Shown: positions 38,993-49,295 of the stretch, one piece after another | Position numbering within the stretch: position 1 is the stretch's first letter | Layout of the letters: every line of letters begins with the position of its first letter | Source: Elusimicrobiota bacterium | GTDB lineage: Bacteria > Elusimicrobiota > Elusimicrobia > JACQJP01 | Direction: 5' to 3' | NCBI GenBank assembly: GCA_016204975.1 | Contig: JACQJP010000055.1 | Span: 2,098 to 66,097 of the forward strand | Length of the DNA stretch: 64,000 bases | Made by a program: the position numbers and the translations under genes | Notes under the pieces: generated by a model | What the model was told of the DNA's origin: nothing | What the model saw: only the letters and a program-made list of their open reading frames with translations | Databases searched by the model: none

Positions 38993-40093
38993 ATGCGGAT
39001 CCTGGGCATTGAGACCTCCTGCGATGAGACCGCCGCGGCAGTCGTGGAAAACGGAACCCGGATCCTCTCCGACGTCATCGCCAGCCAAGCCTCCCTCCAC
39101 GCCGAATTTCTCGGGGTGGTCCCAGAAATCGCCAGCCGAGCCCACCTAGAGCTTCTGTTGCCCTGCATCCAAAAGGCCCTGTGTGAGGCGTCTCTGGATC
39201 TTTCCCACCTGGACGCCATCGCCTTCACCCGAGGCCCCGGCCTGCCGGGGGCCCTTCTGATGGGCAAAGTCATCGCACAGACTCTTTCCTGGACGCATTC
39301 CAAACCCCTTTTGGGCATCCAACACCTAGAGGGCCACTTTTTCTCCAACCTGCTTCAAACAAACGGCCGCACGGTTCCCGACCCCCTGCCGCTTCCCGCC
39401 GTAGCCCTGATCGTTTCCGGGGGTCACACCGACCTCCTCCATATCCGGTCCCTTGGAAAATATCACGTTCTGGGAAGAACATTAGACGATGCCGCCGGAG
39501 AGGCTTTCGACAAGCTGGCGAAGCTCTTGCGCATGGGCTATCCTGGTGGACCCTTGATTGATCGCGCCTCCCGTGCCGGAAATCCCGGCGCCTTTTCCCT
39601 GCCCAGACCCACCCTGCCCGGCTCCTTCAACTTCTCCTTCAGCGGACTGAAGACCTCCGCCCTCTACCTCCTCAAAGACGCGGGCTTCCCCATCCAATCT
39701 CCGAAAGGCATGGAGAAACTGGCGGCCGATCCTGCCCAGTGGCGTAGACGCCTCGGCGCCAGCCTGGAAGATCTCTGCGCCTCCTTCCAGGAAGCCATCG
39801 TGGACACCCTAGTCCAAAAAACCCTCCATGCCGCCCAAGTGTGCTCCGCGCGGAGCCTCTTTTTGGGAGGGGGGGTGGCCTGCAACAGGCGTCTGCGAGA
39901 AAAAATGAAGCGGGCCTGCGGCAGGGAGAACCTGCCTCTCTTTTGTCCACCCCCGCCGCTGTGCACCGACAACGCCGCCATGATCGCCTCAGCGGCCTAT
40001 TTTCAACTCCGCAGTGGAAAATTCCCTAAAAAATCTTCCCTCTCCATCCATCCCAGTCTCCCCTTTATCAACTGGAATGCCGAGCATGACTGA
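38993..40093 (+). CDS. tsaD: tRNA N6-adenosine threonylcarbamoyltransferase
   Basis: MRILGIETSCDET, HLEGH, VSGGHT, DDAAGEAFDK, CTDNAAMI. Confidence 0.97.
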   Translation: MRILGIETSCDETAAAVVENGTRILSDVIASQASLHAEFLGVVPEIASRAHLELLLPCIQKALCEASLDLSHLDAIAFTRGPGLPGALLMGKVIAQTLSWTHSKPLLGIQHLEGHFFSNLLQTNGRTVPDPLPLPAVALIVSGGHTDLLHIRSLGKYHVLGRTLDDAAGEAFDKLAKLLRMGYPGGPLIDRASRAGNPGAFSLPRPTLPGSFNFSFSGLKTSALYLLKDAGFPIQSPKGMEKLAADPAQWRRRLGASLEDLCASFQEAIVDTLVQKTLHAAQVCSARSLFLGGGVACNRRLREKMKRACGRENLPLFCPPPPLCTDNAAMIASAAYFQLRSGKFPKKSSLSIHPSLPFINWNAEHD

Positions 40094-41342
40094 GGGCTTG
40101 GAAACCGTCACCAAGCTCTGGGTTCTTCCCAATAACGGCGCCCCCACCAAGAATGTCTTGGAGGAGGAGCTACGCGATTTCTTGAAGACTCCTTCCCATC
40201 CCCGGGTAGAGATATCCGTCTTCCACCCCAAAACCCTCTGGAAAAACCTCATCCGCGCCCTAAAAAAATCAGAGACCGAGAACCTTCCGGACCTCGTGCA
40301 GATCCGAGGCACCTGGACCGGCACCCTGGCTTCCCTGGGCTTGCTGCAAGAGCTCCAGGAACCGGAGTTCCTCAAACAGCTCCCCCTATTTCACCCCGCG
40401 GCCCTGCCCTCCTGCACGCTGGGGGCCTCCCAGGGCAGGCTCTTTGCCCTCCCTTGGATGATGGGTCTGAGGCACCTCTTCTACCGCAAAGACATTCTAA
40501 AAACCTTTGGGCTGGATCCCAAAAAGGATTTGGGTACCTGGGAAGGTTTCGTCGAGGCTTGCCGCCACATCAAAAAATCCTGCACGCCGGGAAGCTCACT
40601 GTTCCCTCTCGCGTTCCCCGGCTGCCGGGAAACCCTCACCCTCGCCGACCTGGCCCCCTGCGTCTGGGGATTCTGCGGGGACTTCGTCCATCCCCAAGAG
40701 CACCGGAGCCTCCTGTACCGGAAAGAAACCCGCCGCGGATTTGCCGCCTACCTCCACCTCATCGTCGAAGGGATCCAGCCCCTCTTCGGCCTGGGAGGCC
40801 TCCCCTACGGCAACTTCTTCCAGGGGAACTTCGCCTTCTCCCTTTCCGGCGAGATACCCAAAAAGACCTCTTTAAATCCCCGCCATCCAGACTTTTGCCC
40901 CGCCGTCCCCAAAAACTTAGGGCTGGCTCCCTATCCCCTCCCCTCCCCCAATCCCACGCCGCTGCTGGAAGTCCAGTGCCTGGCCCTCGTGAAAAAGGCG
41001 TCCACGCCGTCAAACGCCTTGGAGCTCTTAAAGGTCCTGCTCTCCCCACGGATGCAAAACCGCTATCCCCAAACCCTGGGACGTCTCCCATGCCTTCGGG
41101 AAAGCCTCGCCGGGGAGTTGGACAGAAAGCCGGAGCTCCAAACGATCTTCCAGGCCTCGATCGGACGCGCCCGATCCCTGCCGAACTTCGTGGCCTCCGG
41201 GGCGGTGGAGAAAATCATCGAGGAAGCCTTAGAAAACATCCTGAAAGCCATACTGAAAAAGGAGTACAGTGAAAAGCTTTTAGAACGCGAGCTCCTGCAT
41301 GCCAGCGCCGAAATAGACTATGTGGTCTCCCTATATGACTGA
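40086..41342 (+). CDS. Family 1 (sugar) solute-binding-fold protein without signal peptide
   Basis: LPDLVQI..W..TLASLGLL, LFALPW, LFYRKDIL, TWEGFVEAC; no hydrophobic N-terminus. Confidence 0.7.
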   Translation: MTEGLETVTKLWVLPNNGAPTKNVLEEELRDFLKTPSHPRVEISVFHPKTLWKNLIRALKKSETENLPDLVQIRGTWTGTLASLGLLQELQEPEFLKQLPLFHPAALPSCTLGASQGRLFALPWMMGLRHLFYRKDILKTFGLDPKKDLGTWEGFVEACRHIKKSCTPGSSLFPLAFPGCRETLTLADLAPCVWGFCGDFVHPQEHRSLLYRKETRRGFAAYLHLIVEGIQPLFGLGGLPYGNFFQGNFAFSLSGEIPKKTSLNPRHPDFCPAVPKNLGLAPYPLPSPNPTPLLEVQCLALVKKASTPSNALELLKVLLSPRMQNRYPQTLGRLPCLRESLAGELDRKPELQTIFQASIGRARSLPNFVASGAVEKIIEEALENILKAILKKEYSEKLLERELLHASAEIDYVVSLYD

Positions 41343-42777
41343 GGGCTTTCCCTTCCCCTTCAGCCTCCCCGAAACGATCTCCAGGGGGCTGCGGCTTCTT
41401 TATCGCCAGAGCCGGGCGCAGGAGATAGACCTGTTTTTGAAGCGTCCTTACTGCGACGCTCTCCAGCTGGAAAAAAGCATCTACCTTGGGGAGCTTTGGG
41501 AGGCGGAGGAATCCCTGCCCATTTTTGAAGGCAGCCCCCTTCAGGCGCTCCTGACCGGCCACAAAAAGATCCTCTCCCACCCCTTCCTCTACCTGCCCCT
41601 GACGGCGCAAACCCAAAAGCTTGAGATCCAAACGATCGGGCTTTTGCGCTTAAAGCGCCGCAAATCCGCCCGAACCCTGCGCCCCCGGGAAAAAAAGCGG
41701 CTCCAGCAAGCGGCGGCGGAGTTCGCCCGGGCCCTCTATTACGCCCAGCTCCTGCAAGGACATCAAGAACGCCTGAAACGCCTGGGCACTCTGACGGAGC
41801 TCTCCTCCATGTTCGCGGCCTCCCTGCAGGTGGAGGACCGCCTGCGCCTCATCCTACAGGCGGTTCAGCAGCATTTCGGCTTCGACCGGGTGCGTCTGTA
41901 CCTGGTGGATCCGGAGGAGAAATTTCTCCAGGGAGAGCTGAGTGTGGATGTGCGCGGGCGCGTTCAGAACCTCCATGCCGAACACATCCCCTTAAGTCCC
42001 GCAAGTCATCGCTTCGCCCAGGCGATCCTGGGAGAAACCGCCGGCGCCATCCAGGAGGAGTTTGAGGACACCCTGATCTACCTGCCGCTGCGCAACCAAG
42101 GAAAACACATCGGGCTTCTAGCGGTGGACAACCTGCTTTCCCAAGAACCTATCGAAAAGGAGGACCTGGCCCTCATCCAATCCTTCGCCGGGCAGATCTC
42201 CATGGCGCTCTCCAACGCCCGGCTCTTCAAGGAGGTGGAGACCCTTTCCCTCCATGACAGCCTCACCCACCTGCCGGTGCGGCGCTACTTTATGGAAAGA
42301 CTTAAAGAGGAGATCTACCGCGCCGAAAGGTTCCGACAGTCCCTCTCCCTGGTCATTCTGGACCTGGATTTCTTCAAGCAGACCAACGACACCTATGGGC
42401 ACCAGATCGGAGATCTCCTTCTACAGGCAGTGGCTCAGAGGGTGCTTTCCAACATCCGCAAAATCGATTTTCCCTCCCGCTATGGGGGAGACGAGATTTT
42501 GATCCTGCTGCCGCAGGCGGCCCAGGAGGAGGCCCGCACCATCACCCAACGCATCCGAAACGCCATCCGCCAGATCCGCATCCCGGTGCCCTTCGCCCGG
42601 GCGCGCGAGATTTCGGCGACCGCCAGCCTGGGCATCGCCATTTTTCCACAGGACGGGCGCAAGATCGAGGAACTTATGGATAAGGCGGACGACGCCCTCT
42701 ACTGGGTCAAGGCCCATGGCAGGGACGGCATCTGCTTTTACCAAGAAATCCCCAAACAAACCCAGCTGTTTGAATGA
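41335..42777 (+). CDS. GAF-domain diguanylate cyclase
   Basis: GAF (LPLRNQGKHIGLLAVDN), HDSLT, DLDFFKQTNDTYGHQIGD, RKID I-site, RYGGDEI. Confidence 0.92.
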   Translation: MTEGFPFPFSLPETISRGLRLLYRQSRAQEIDLFLKRPYCDALQLEKSIYLGELWEAEESLPIFEGSPLQALLTGHKKILSHPFLYLPLTAQTQKLEIQTIGLLRLKRRKSARTLRPREKKRLQQAAAEFARALYYAQLLQGHQERLKRLGTLTELSSMFAASLQVEDRLRLILQAVQQHFGFDRVRLYLVDPEEKFLQGELSVDVRGRVQNLHAEHIPLSPASHRFAQAILGETAGAIQEEFEDTLIYLPLRNQGKHIGLLAVDNLLSQEPIEKEDLALIQSFAGQISMALSNARLFKEVETLSLHDSLTHLPVRRYFMERLKEEIYRAERFRQSLSLVILDLDFFKQTNDTYGHQIGDLLLQAVAQRVLSNIRKIDFPSRYGGDEILILLPQAAQEEARTITQRIRNAIRQIRIPVPFARAREISATASLGIAIFPQDGRKIEELMDKADDALYWVKAHGRDGICFYQEIPKQTQLFE

Positions 42778-44135
42778 AAATTTTTCTTGCTTGTTCTTGC
42801 GTTCTCTTGCTTCCGGTGCTTTCTTTTGCCGCCTTCGAGGATTTCGGGGTGGGGGCGCGGGCGGCGGGCCTGGCCAACTCCTTCACCGCCGTCTCGGACG
42901 ACCTTTCGGCGCTGGCCTTCAACCCGGCCGGGTTGGGAAATCTCGGAAAGACCGAAATCTCCTCCCAGTTCGCCCGGTTCTTCGCGGCTCCGGGAGGCCG
43001 GGCGGATGTGGAATCCATTTTCTTCGGCTTTTCCCAACCCCTCCAGCTCGGGGAACGTCCCGGCAGCCTGGCCTTCGGCTTCCAAAGGCAGATGCGGCGG
43101 GATTTTTCCAAAGACACCGCTTTTTCTTTCCATTACGGAACCCGCGGGATCTATCCCCTGTGGGGAGGCCGGGCCGGATGGGGGGGGAGCCTCAAGATAC
43201 TCAAAAGGGACTCCCTCATAGCCTCCGACTCCACAAGCGGCCTGGGCCTGGACGCCGGCGCCTTTTACCTCTATCGGCAGCGCTACGCCTTGGGACTCTC
43301 CCTTTTGAACTTCAACCAACCGGACCTGAGTCTTAACCAAACTGCGGACCGGGTCCCGAGGATCCTGCGCCTGGGCCTGGCGACCAAGACGAGGGGCCTG
43401 CTTTTGACGACCGACCTGGTGCACCGCGCCAGCTCCAGAAAACAGGGGGGATTCTCACTGGCCATGGCCTCCGAGAGGTGGTGGAGCACCCGCAGACATG
43501 GATCTTATGCCCTGCGCTCCGGGCTCTCCCTGGGCAACCGCTCCAAGCTCTGGACGCTGGGGGCTTCCCTGCGCCTCTTCGGCACCCGCTTGGATTACGC
43601 CCTCTCCACCCCCTTGAGCGGCTCCATCATCCTAGGACACACCCTCTCCCTGACCCACCGCTTCGGGGAGCCCAGCCCCCAAGAAGAGTACGAGCGCCTC
43701 CTCCAGATGGAGATGGAATCCAGAAAAGAGATCCAGAAAATGCTGCAAAGGACCGAGCGGGAGGAAGAAAAGCTCCGCCTGGAAGTCTTCAACCTGAAAC
43801 TCGAGCTGGAGACCCTGAGAAAGAAACTGGCGGAGCGCGGGGAAAAAGAAGAAGCCCTACGGCAAAAATTGGAAAGTCTGGAGGGGCGTCGAGAAAAGGC
43901 GGAGAAGGAACTTAAAAAGATCCAGGAAAAACGCCGGGAGCAAAAAGCCGTGGACAAGCCCTCCGCCCTGCAGGCGTTTCAAAAGGATTGGGGCGAGTAC
44001 CTCAAACTCGAAAAGAGCGGGGCTCCAAAATCCATCCGCCTGCAGAAGCTCCGCACCCTCCTAAGCACCTATAGAGGAAAAAAAATAGACCTAGGCCCCG
44101 CCAACCGCGAACTCCTCGAAACCATGAAGGAATAG
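42774..44135 (+). CDS. PorV/PorP-like outer-membrane barrel protein with C-terminal coiled coil
   Basis: Signal peptide, GARAAGLANSFTAVSDDLSALAFNPAGL, LDYA..HTLSLTHRFG, then E/K-rich coiled coil. Confidence 0.72.
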   Translation: MKIFLACSCVLLLPVLSFAAFEDFGVGARAAGLANSFTAVSDDLSALAFNPAGLGNLGKTEISSQFARFFAAPGGRADVESIFFGFSQPLQLGERPGSLAFGFQRQMRRDFSKDTAFSFHYGTRGIYPLWGGRAGWGGSLKILKRDSLIASDSTSGLGLDAGAFYLYRQRYALGLSLLNFNQPDLSLNQTADRVPRILRLGLATKTRGLLLTTDLVHRASSRKQGGFSLAMASERWWSTRRHGSYALRSGLSLGNRSKLWTLGASLRLFGTRLDYALSTPLSGSIILGHTLSLTHRFGEPSPQEEYERLLQMEMESRKEIQKMLQRTEREEEKLRLEVFNLKLELETLRKKLAERGEKEEALRQKLESLEGRREKAEKELKKIQEKRREQKAVDKPSALQAFQKDWGEYLKLEKSGAPKSIRLQKLRTLLSTYRGKKIDLGPANRELLETMKE

Positions 44136-44194
44136 GGCACCAGCACGCTGGGAGCCTCCGGCTCCCCGGCGGGTACCCGCAGTACTGCGGAGGG
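44136..44194. repeat. Small hairpin repeat family, intergenic copy
   Basis: GGGAGCC-tcc-GGCTCCC hairpin plus CCGCAGTACTGCGG palindrome; 44172-44194 matches 59008-59030 at 20/23. Confidence 0.55.
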
Positions 44195-44235
44195 CATTGA
44201 CTGGAAGAGAAAACCTGTTAAACTAAACTGAACAT

Positions 44236-46062
44236 ATGGACTCCGATAGATTGGATAAAGCCTTAAACGAACTTTGGGAAAGGGTGGCCAGCCGGGAGAC
44301 GGCGCTCCCAGCCCTGGAATTTCCGATCCCAAGCCCCGAAGGGGACCTTCAAAAGGCCCAGAAGGAGGCCACCCAAGAGGCCTTCAAAAGCCTTCAGGAG
44401 CGCCAGGAGCAGGACCGCCTCTTTTGGCAGGAACTTTTAGAGCTCAAGGAAAAAAATATCGAGCAGTTGGGCGAGCGCCTGAGGGCGGCGGAGGAAAAGC
44501 TGTTAAGCCTCCACCAGGAGCACCGCGCCCTCCAGGAACATCTCTTTGAATCCTCCCTGGAATCCGCCTCCGAAACTCAGGAGGAAAAAAGAAACCTGGA
44601 GAAACAAAAAGAGGCCCACCGTCAGGAAATCCTCCTCCTCCAAGACATCGCGGAGGAAGCCCGCAAGAAGCTTGAGACGAGCTTCCGGCATCTGAACGCC
44701 CTCCAACACCAAAAAGAGGTGGAGGACCAGGAGCGCCATCGGCAGATACTCAAGCTGCGGGCCGCCATCCAGGCCGGGGAGAAAAGAGAGGCGGAGCTGA
44801 AAAGGGAGATTCAAGACTGGAAGTCCAAACTCCAGGAACTGGAAAAGAGTCTGCAGACGGAAAAAGAAGAATACGAGCGCAAGCTCCAGGAAGCCAAGAA
44901 GGCCCTGGAATCCACCCTGGGAGAGTTTTTAAAGGAAAGGCAGGAAAGAAACCAGGCCGAGCAGGACAAAGAGCTCGCCCTTCAAAAAACGGAGGAGCTG
45001 GAGAACCGCCTCCAGGAGATGAAGCTGGCCTGGGAGGCGGAGAGAAAACAGTGGCGGGACCTCTGGGACCGGGAAAGGTCCCTCTGGGAGACTCACCGCA
45101 AGGAGTTCGCCACCTGGGAGGAGCGCTTAAGGCGGGAGCGAGAGGTTTGGCACCGCCAGCTCCGGGGCCGAGAGGACATGGAACTTCAGCAAGCGGCCCA
45201 AATGACCCGGATCTTAGAAAACACCACCCACTGGATCCTCAAGGTAACGGCAGTCCTGAAACATTTCGCCATCCACGGCGTGGAGCATCCCCAGGTCATC
45301 ACCACCGTCCAGCCGATCGTCGCCAGATCCAAAAGAAGCCGCCTCTATGCGCTGGCGGCCCCGCTGGCCTTGCTCATCCTAGCCGGCGCCGGATGGTTGG
45401 GATATAAAAACCTTTACCTGGGGCTTCACCCAAAAGCCGCCTACTCCCTGGCTGCCCCGGAAAACCCGACCGCCCTGGCCTGGGACGGGAGCCGCCTTTG
45501 GATTGCGGACTGGTCCGGAAGCTGGAGCGCGCTGGCTCCGGAGAAACTTCCGGAAAGCCGGGGACCCGCCTCTTTTACCCTCTCCGCCGGAGCCTACCAT
45601 CCGGTGGCCCTGGCCTACGGAGCCGGGGCCTTCTGGTCCGCGGACGCGGGGCAGGGAAGAATCCTCAAACATGACCCCCAAGACCCTTCGAAGATTCTAG
45701 CCGAGTATCCCAGCCCCGGCCCCTCCCCCATCGCCCTGGGCTTTCGGGGGGAAGACCTCTGGTCCTTCGACGCCCTCTCCAACAAACTGAGCCTTCACTC
45801 CCTGCAAAATCCGCAGATCCTCTGGGCCGAACGGTCCCTCCCCGAAGGGATATCTCCCGCCGCCTTCCAGTGGCAGGAAAACTTCCTGTGGATTTTGGAC
45901 GTCCAAAAAAAGAAGCTGCTCCAGTTGAAAGCGCTGGAAAAAACCTTCCAGATCCAAAGGACCTTTCCCCTTCAGATCCCCTGGAATTCTTTTGTCTTCG
46001 CCGGCCCCCACACCCTCTGGGCCCTCTCCGAGGGGAAACTCCTCCAATACCGCCTCCGTTAA
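44236..46062 (+). CDS. Bitopic protein: long coiled coil, TM helix, beta-propeller-like domain
   Basis: E/K/Q heptads for about 330 aa, one TM, repeated PTALAWDGSRLWIAD / PIALGFRGEDLWSFD blades. Confidence 0.75.
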   Translation: MDSDRLDKALNELWERVASRETALPALEFPIPSPEGDLQKAQKEATQEAFKSLQERQEQDRLFWQELLELKEKNIEQLGERLRAAEEKLLSLHQEHRALQEHLFESSLESASETQEEKRNLEKQKEAHRQEILLLQDIAEEARKKLETSFRHLNALQHQKEVEDQERHRQILKLRAAIQAGEKREAELKREIQDWKSKLQELEKSLQTEKEEYERKLQEAKKALESTLGEFLKERQERNQAEQDKELALQKTEELENRLQEMKLAWEAERKQWRDLWDRERSLWETHRKEFATWEERLRREREVWHRQLRGREDMELQQAAQMTRILENTTHWILKVTAVLKHFAIHGVEHPQVITTVQPIVARSKRSRLYALAAPLALLILAGAGWLGYKNLYLGLHPKAAYSLAAPENPTALAWDGSRLWIADWSGSWSALAPEKLPESRGPASFTLSAGAYHPVALAYGAGAFWSADAGQGRILKHDPQDPSKILAEYPSPGPSPIALGFRGEDLWSFDALSNKLSLHSLQNPQILWAERSLPEGISPAAFQWQENFLWILDVQKKKLLQLKALEKTFQIQRTFPLQIPWNSFVFAGPHTLWALSEGKLLQYRLR

Positions 46063-46067
46063 GAATT

Positions 46068-46080
46068 TTTGCAAAAGTCC
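46068..46080 (+). repeat. Solo MITE terminal repeat
   Basis: Exact TTTGCAAAAGTCC just after the stop at 46062, with no partner end nearby. Confidence 0.55.
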
Positions 46081-46148
46081 AGAATTAACATTTCTTTAAC
46101 AATTTTTTAATACGTTGGTAACACCCTTCCTTTAAAATTCCCTTCACC

Positions 46149-49100
46149 ATGCAGCAGCTCCTGTCGCAGCGGTCCTGTCGCAGACTTACCTTATATATGG
46201 GCAAAGCGCTTCTCGCCGCCCTGGGCCTCTCCTGCCTGCCTCTCTCTTTCTCCCGAGCCCTCAAAGTCACCGATGCCTGGGTGGAAGAAAGGGTCCTTAC
46301 CTCAACAAGCCCCGTAACATTCACAAACACCAGAACCAACAACGACCCCCGCATTGAATTTGAACAAAGACCTGGATTTAGCACCAATCCAGACAATCTT
46401 GGCACAGCCCAACGGACAAGCGCCAGGCTGTGCGCCAACATCGATGAGGTCGCAGATGAGCTGACCATAGACATCATCAAATTCGACGGAGTAAATTGCG
46501 TCAGCGGCGCTCTAAACGAGGGCTGCAACCCCGTCCGGACCTTTCAGTTTCCAAACCCCACTGCGGGAGATCACTGTGACGCTTGGGAGGGAGACTACAA
46601 CATCCTGGGGGAGTTCGGGAAAACCAACGGGCAGTATGGCTTTAAGGCCACGGCGCAGATCATCACTACCTCCACTGCCACCGGGACCCTTCAGGAGACC
46701 CACGTCTTCGCCTTTCCGGGCGCGGGGCAGGACCCTCTGAGCATTGACGTAGTCAACATCCATGTCGTGCGCAGCTCCCCGACCGTAGTCGGAAACGTCA
46801 CGCCGGTGGCCGCCGCTCCTTATAATATCACCTTCCGGCTCTCCAAAGCGGCCACGACCACGCTGGATATCATAGACACCCAAACCGGCAATAAGGTCCG
46901 GGACGTCGTCTTCAACCTGCCCAACCAAGGAGAAATCGAGCCGGACGGCACCCTGACCGTGGGGTTCTCCTGGGACGCCAGGGACAACTCCGCCGTCCGG
47001 GTCTCCTCCGGGATCTATACCGCCGTGATCCACGCTACCAATACCGATTTCTTCGGTCTGGACCATGCCGTCAGCAAAAGCCGCCAGATCGCGGTGGATC
47101 CCCTCCAGATCACCGACGTCAGCGTCAGCCCCCTCCAAGCCGACTCCACCGCCCTGGCGCTGCTCAGCTTCATGACCGCCGAACCCATGGAGATCACCTG
47201 GCGCATCTACCATCCCTCCACCACCTTCGATAACGTCAACAATCCCATCCCCCAGCCGACCGCCGGAACCCTGTTGCGGGAATTCGTAGAGCAAAAACCG
47301 GCTCGCCTGACGGAGGTGATGTTCTGGGACGGCAGGGACTCGGCCGGCAATTTTCTTACGGACGGAAACTACAAATTCGTCCTCTTCGGACGGGACCTGG
47401 AAAATCCCATCCGCACCACCTCCAAGCCCACCGTCAGCACGGTGGAGATCAAAAGGGGCTTCGTGGACATCAGCCAGCTCCAGCCTCAGTCCACGACCAT
47501 CGGCACCGCCCCATCCATCAACGCAGTGGCTCCCTTCACCTTCAGCTACTCCATGTCCCGGGAAGGGATCGTCTCCTTAAGGATTTTAAAACCTCTGGTC
47601 GGAGGCGCGACCCAGTTCATCCGGACCCTGGTCAACGGCGAGACCCGCTCCGGAAACACCCTCATCGTGGACCCGGTGGGCACCGGCGGCTGGGACGGAA
47701 AAGACCAGTTCGGGAGTCCGGCCTCCTCCGGCACCTATGCCGCGGAGCTGACCGTCCGGGACCCGGTCTTCACCAACCGCGTGACCACCACCACCGTCTT
47801 TTTCCCCATCCAGCTCTTCCGCATCACCGACGTCGCCACCTCCCCCCTGATCTCGGACTCCACCGCCGCCGCCACCCTGACCTACCAGCTTTCGGAGGGG
47901 GGGACGGTCTTTTGGCGAATCTATCCCCCGGGGACGGATGTGGTCACCAACTGGCCTTTTCCCAACCCCTCCGGGGTCAGCTCTGTGCGCACCCTCTCGG
48001 GCTTTCGCCCCGGAAGAAAAAAAATCACCGAATTCTGGGACGGCCGAAACGAAGAGGGGCTATTCGTCCCGGACGGGGACTACGTCTCCACCCTGATCTT
48101 TCACGAGGGTTTCGGCAATCGCAGCTCCGACCTCCTGACCCCGGATGCGGACGTGGCCCGGGGACAGATCGTGTTCACCGTCTTCCAGGTCATCCCCACC
48201 CTCCCCCAGCTTTTCAACTCCTCCCAGACGATCACCCTGCCGCCCTTCGAGATTGACTACACCGTCACCCGGGAATCCACGGTCACCATCCGCGTCATTC
48301 AAAACGACACCGGCCAAACGGCGCGCACCATCATCAGCGGCCAGGTGCGCTTCGGCAACATCTTAAATAAAGAATTCTGGGACGCCCGGGACGACCAGGG
48401 CCGCTTCGTCCGCCCCGGCCTCTACACGGTCAAGGCCGTCGCGCAGGATTTTGCCTCCGTCACCGCCTCCACCTCCACCGCCCAGGCTACGGTCTCCGTG
48501 GACCCCCTGCGCATCTACGACGTCTCCATCCAGGAGCTCTTGGCCCCGGGCGGCGAGCCCCGGGCCCAGATCAGCTACCAGGTCTCGGAAGCCATGAAGG
48601 TCGCCGTCCAAATCTACAAGCCCGGAACCCTCACCAACGGGTTCGGCAATGAGAACCTCCTGGTGCGAAAATTTGTGGGGTTTCGCCCCAGCCGCACCCT
48701 GATCCGGGAGTTCTGGGACGGAACCAACGAGGCTAAAACGCGCCTGGAAAACGGGGCCTATGTCTTCCGGATCATCGCCTCCACCGCTTCCAACGCCATT
48801 GACGACGAGGGAAATGTGGTGGCCGGGGCCCAGGGCCTGTTGGTGCCGGACCAGATCGTCAGCGAGCTTTCCGTGGTTCAGGTGGGCTCGGCGGATCCCC
48901 AGGGAGATTTCGAGAAGAACACCATCGTCTTTCCAAACCCTTTAAAAAATCTGACCCTGAATGTGACTCAGTGCACCCAACCGGTGGCCAGCGCCTCCGC
49001 CTGCAACGCCTCCACCCCATCCTCCGGAGACGCCTGCTTTCTGATCGCCCTCCCGTTAAAAGCGCAACTTAATTTCAAACTCTACACCTTAAGCGGCGAG

Positions 49101-49292
49101 ATGGTGCGCTCCGAAAGCTGCGGCATCCAGGGAGACGCCTCCGAGCTTTCCTACGTCTATTACCTCTGGCGCAGGGACAACCAAGCCGGAAATAGAGTGA
49201 CGGGCGGGGTTTACTTTGCCGTCTTCCGCGCCGAGACGACCGAAGGAGACCAAAAGGTTTTACAGACCGTAAGAAATATATTGATTCCTTAA
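46149..49292 (+). CDS. Large secreted protein with tandem FlgD-type Ig domains and T9SS-CTD-like C-terminus
   Basis: Signal peptide; six W-D-[GA]-x-[DN]...G-x-Y repeats plus two divergent ones; terminal VFPNPL..LYTLSGEMV..NQAGNRVTGGVYF. Confidence 0.8.
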   Translation: MQQLLSQRSCRRLTLYMGKALLAALGLSCLPLSFSRALKVTDAWVEERVLTSTSPVTFTNTRTNNDPRIEFEQRPGFSTNPDNLGTAQRTSARLCANIDEVADELTIDIIKFDGVNCVSGALNEGCNPVRTFQFPNPTAGDHCDAWEGDYNILGEFGKTNGQYGFKATAQIITTSTATGTLQETHVFAFPGAGQDPLSIDVVNIHVVRSSPTVVGNVTPVAAAPYNITFRLSKAATTTLDIIDTQTGNKVRDVVFNLPNQGEIEPDGTLTVGFSWDARDNSAVRVSSGIYTAVIHATNTDFFGLDHAVSKSRQIAVDPLQITDVSVSPLQADSTALALLSFMTAEPMEITWRIYHPSTTFDNVNNPIPQPTAGTLLREFVEQKPARLTEVMFWDGRDSAGNFLTDGNYKFVLFGRDLENPIRTTSKPTVSTVEIKRGFVDISQLQPQSTTIGTAPSINAVAPFTFSYSMSREGIVSLRILKPLVGGATQFIRTLVNGETRSGNTLIVDPVGTGGWDGKDQFGSPASSGTYAAELTVRDPVFTNRVTTTTVFFPIQLFRITDVATSPLISDSTAAATLTYQLSEGGTVFWRIYPPGTDVVTNWPFPNPSGVSSVRTLSGFRPGRKKITEFWDGRNEEGLFVPDGDYVSTLIFHEGFGNRSSDLLTPDADVARGQIVFTVFQVIPTLPQLFNSSQTITLPPFEIDYTVTRESTVTIRVIQNDTGQTARTIISGQVRFGNILNKEFWDARDDQGRFVRPGLYTVKAVAQDFASVTASTSTAQATVSVDPLRIYDVSIQELLAPGGEPRAQISYQVSEAMKVAVQIYKPGTLTNGFGNENLLVRKFVGFRPSRTLIREFWDGTNEAKTRLENGAYVFRIIASTASNAIDDEGNVVAGAQGLLVPDQIVSELSVVQVGSADPQGDFEKNTIVFPNPLKNLTLNVTQCTQPVASASACNASTPSSGDACFLIALPLKAQLNFKLYTLSGEMVRSESCGIQGDASELSYVYYLWRRDNQAGNRVTGGVYFAVFRAETTEGDQKVLQTVRNILIP

Positions 49293-49295
49293 ACC

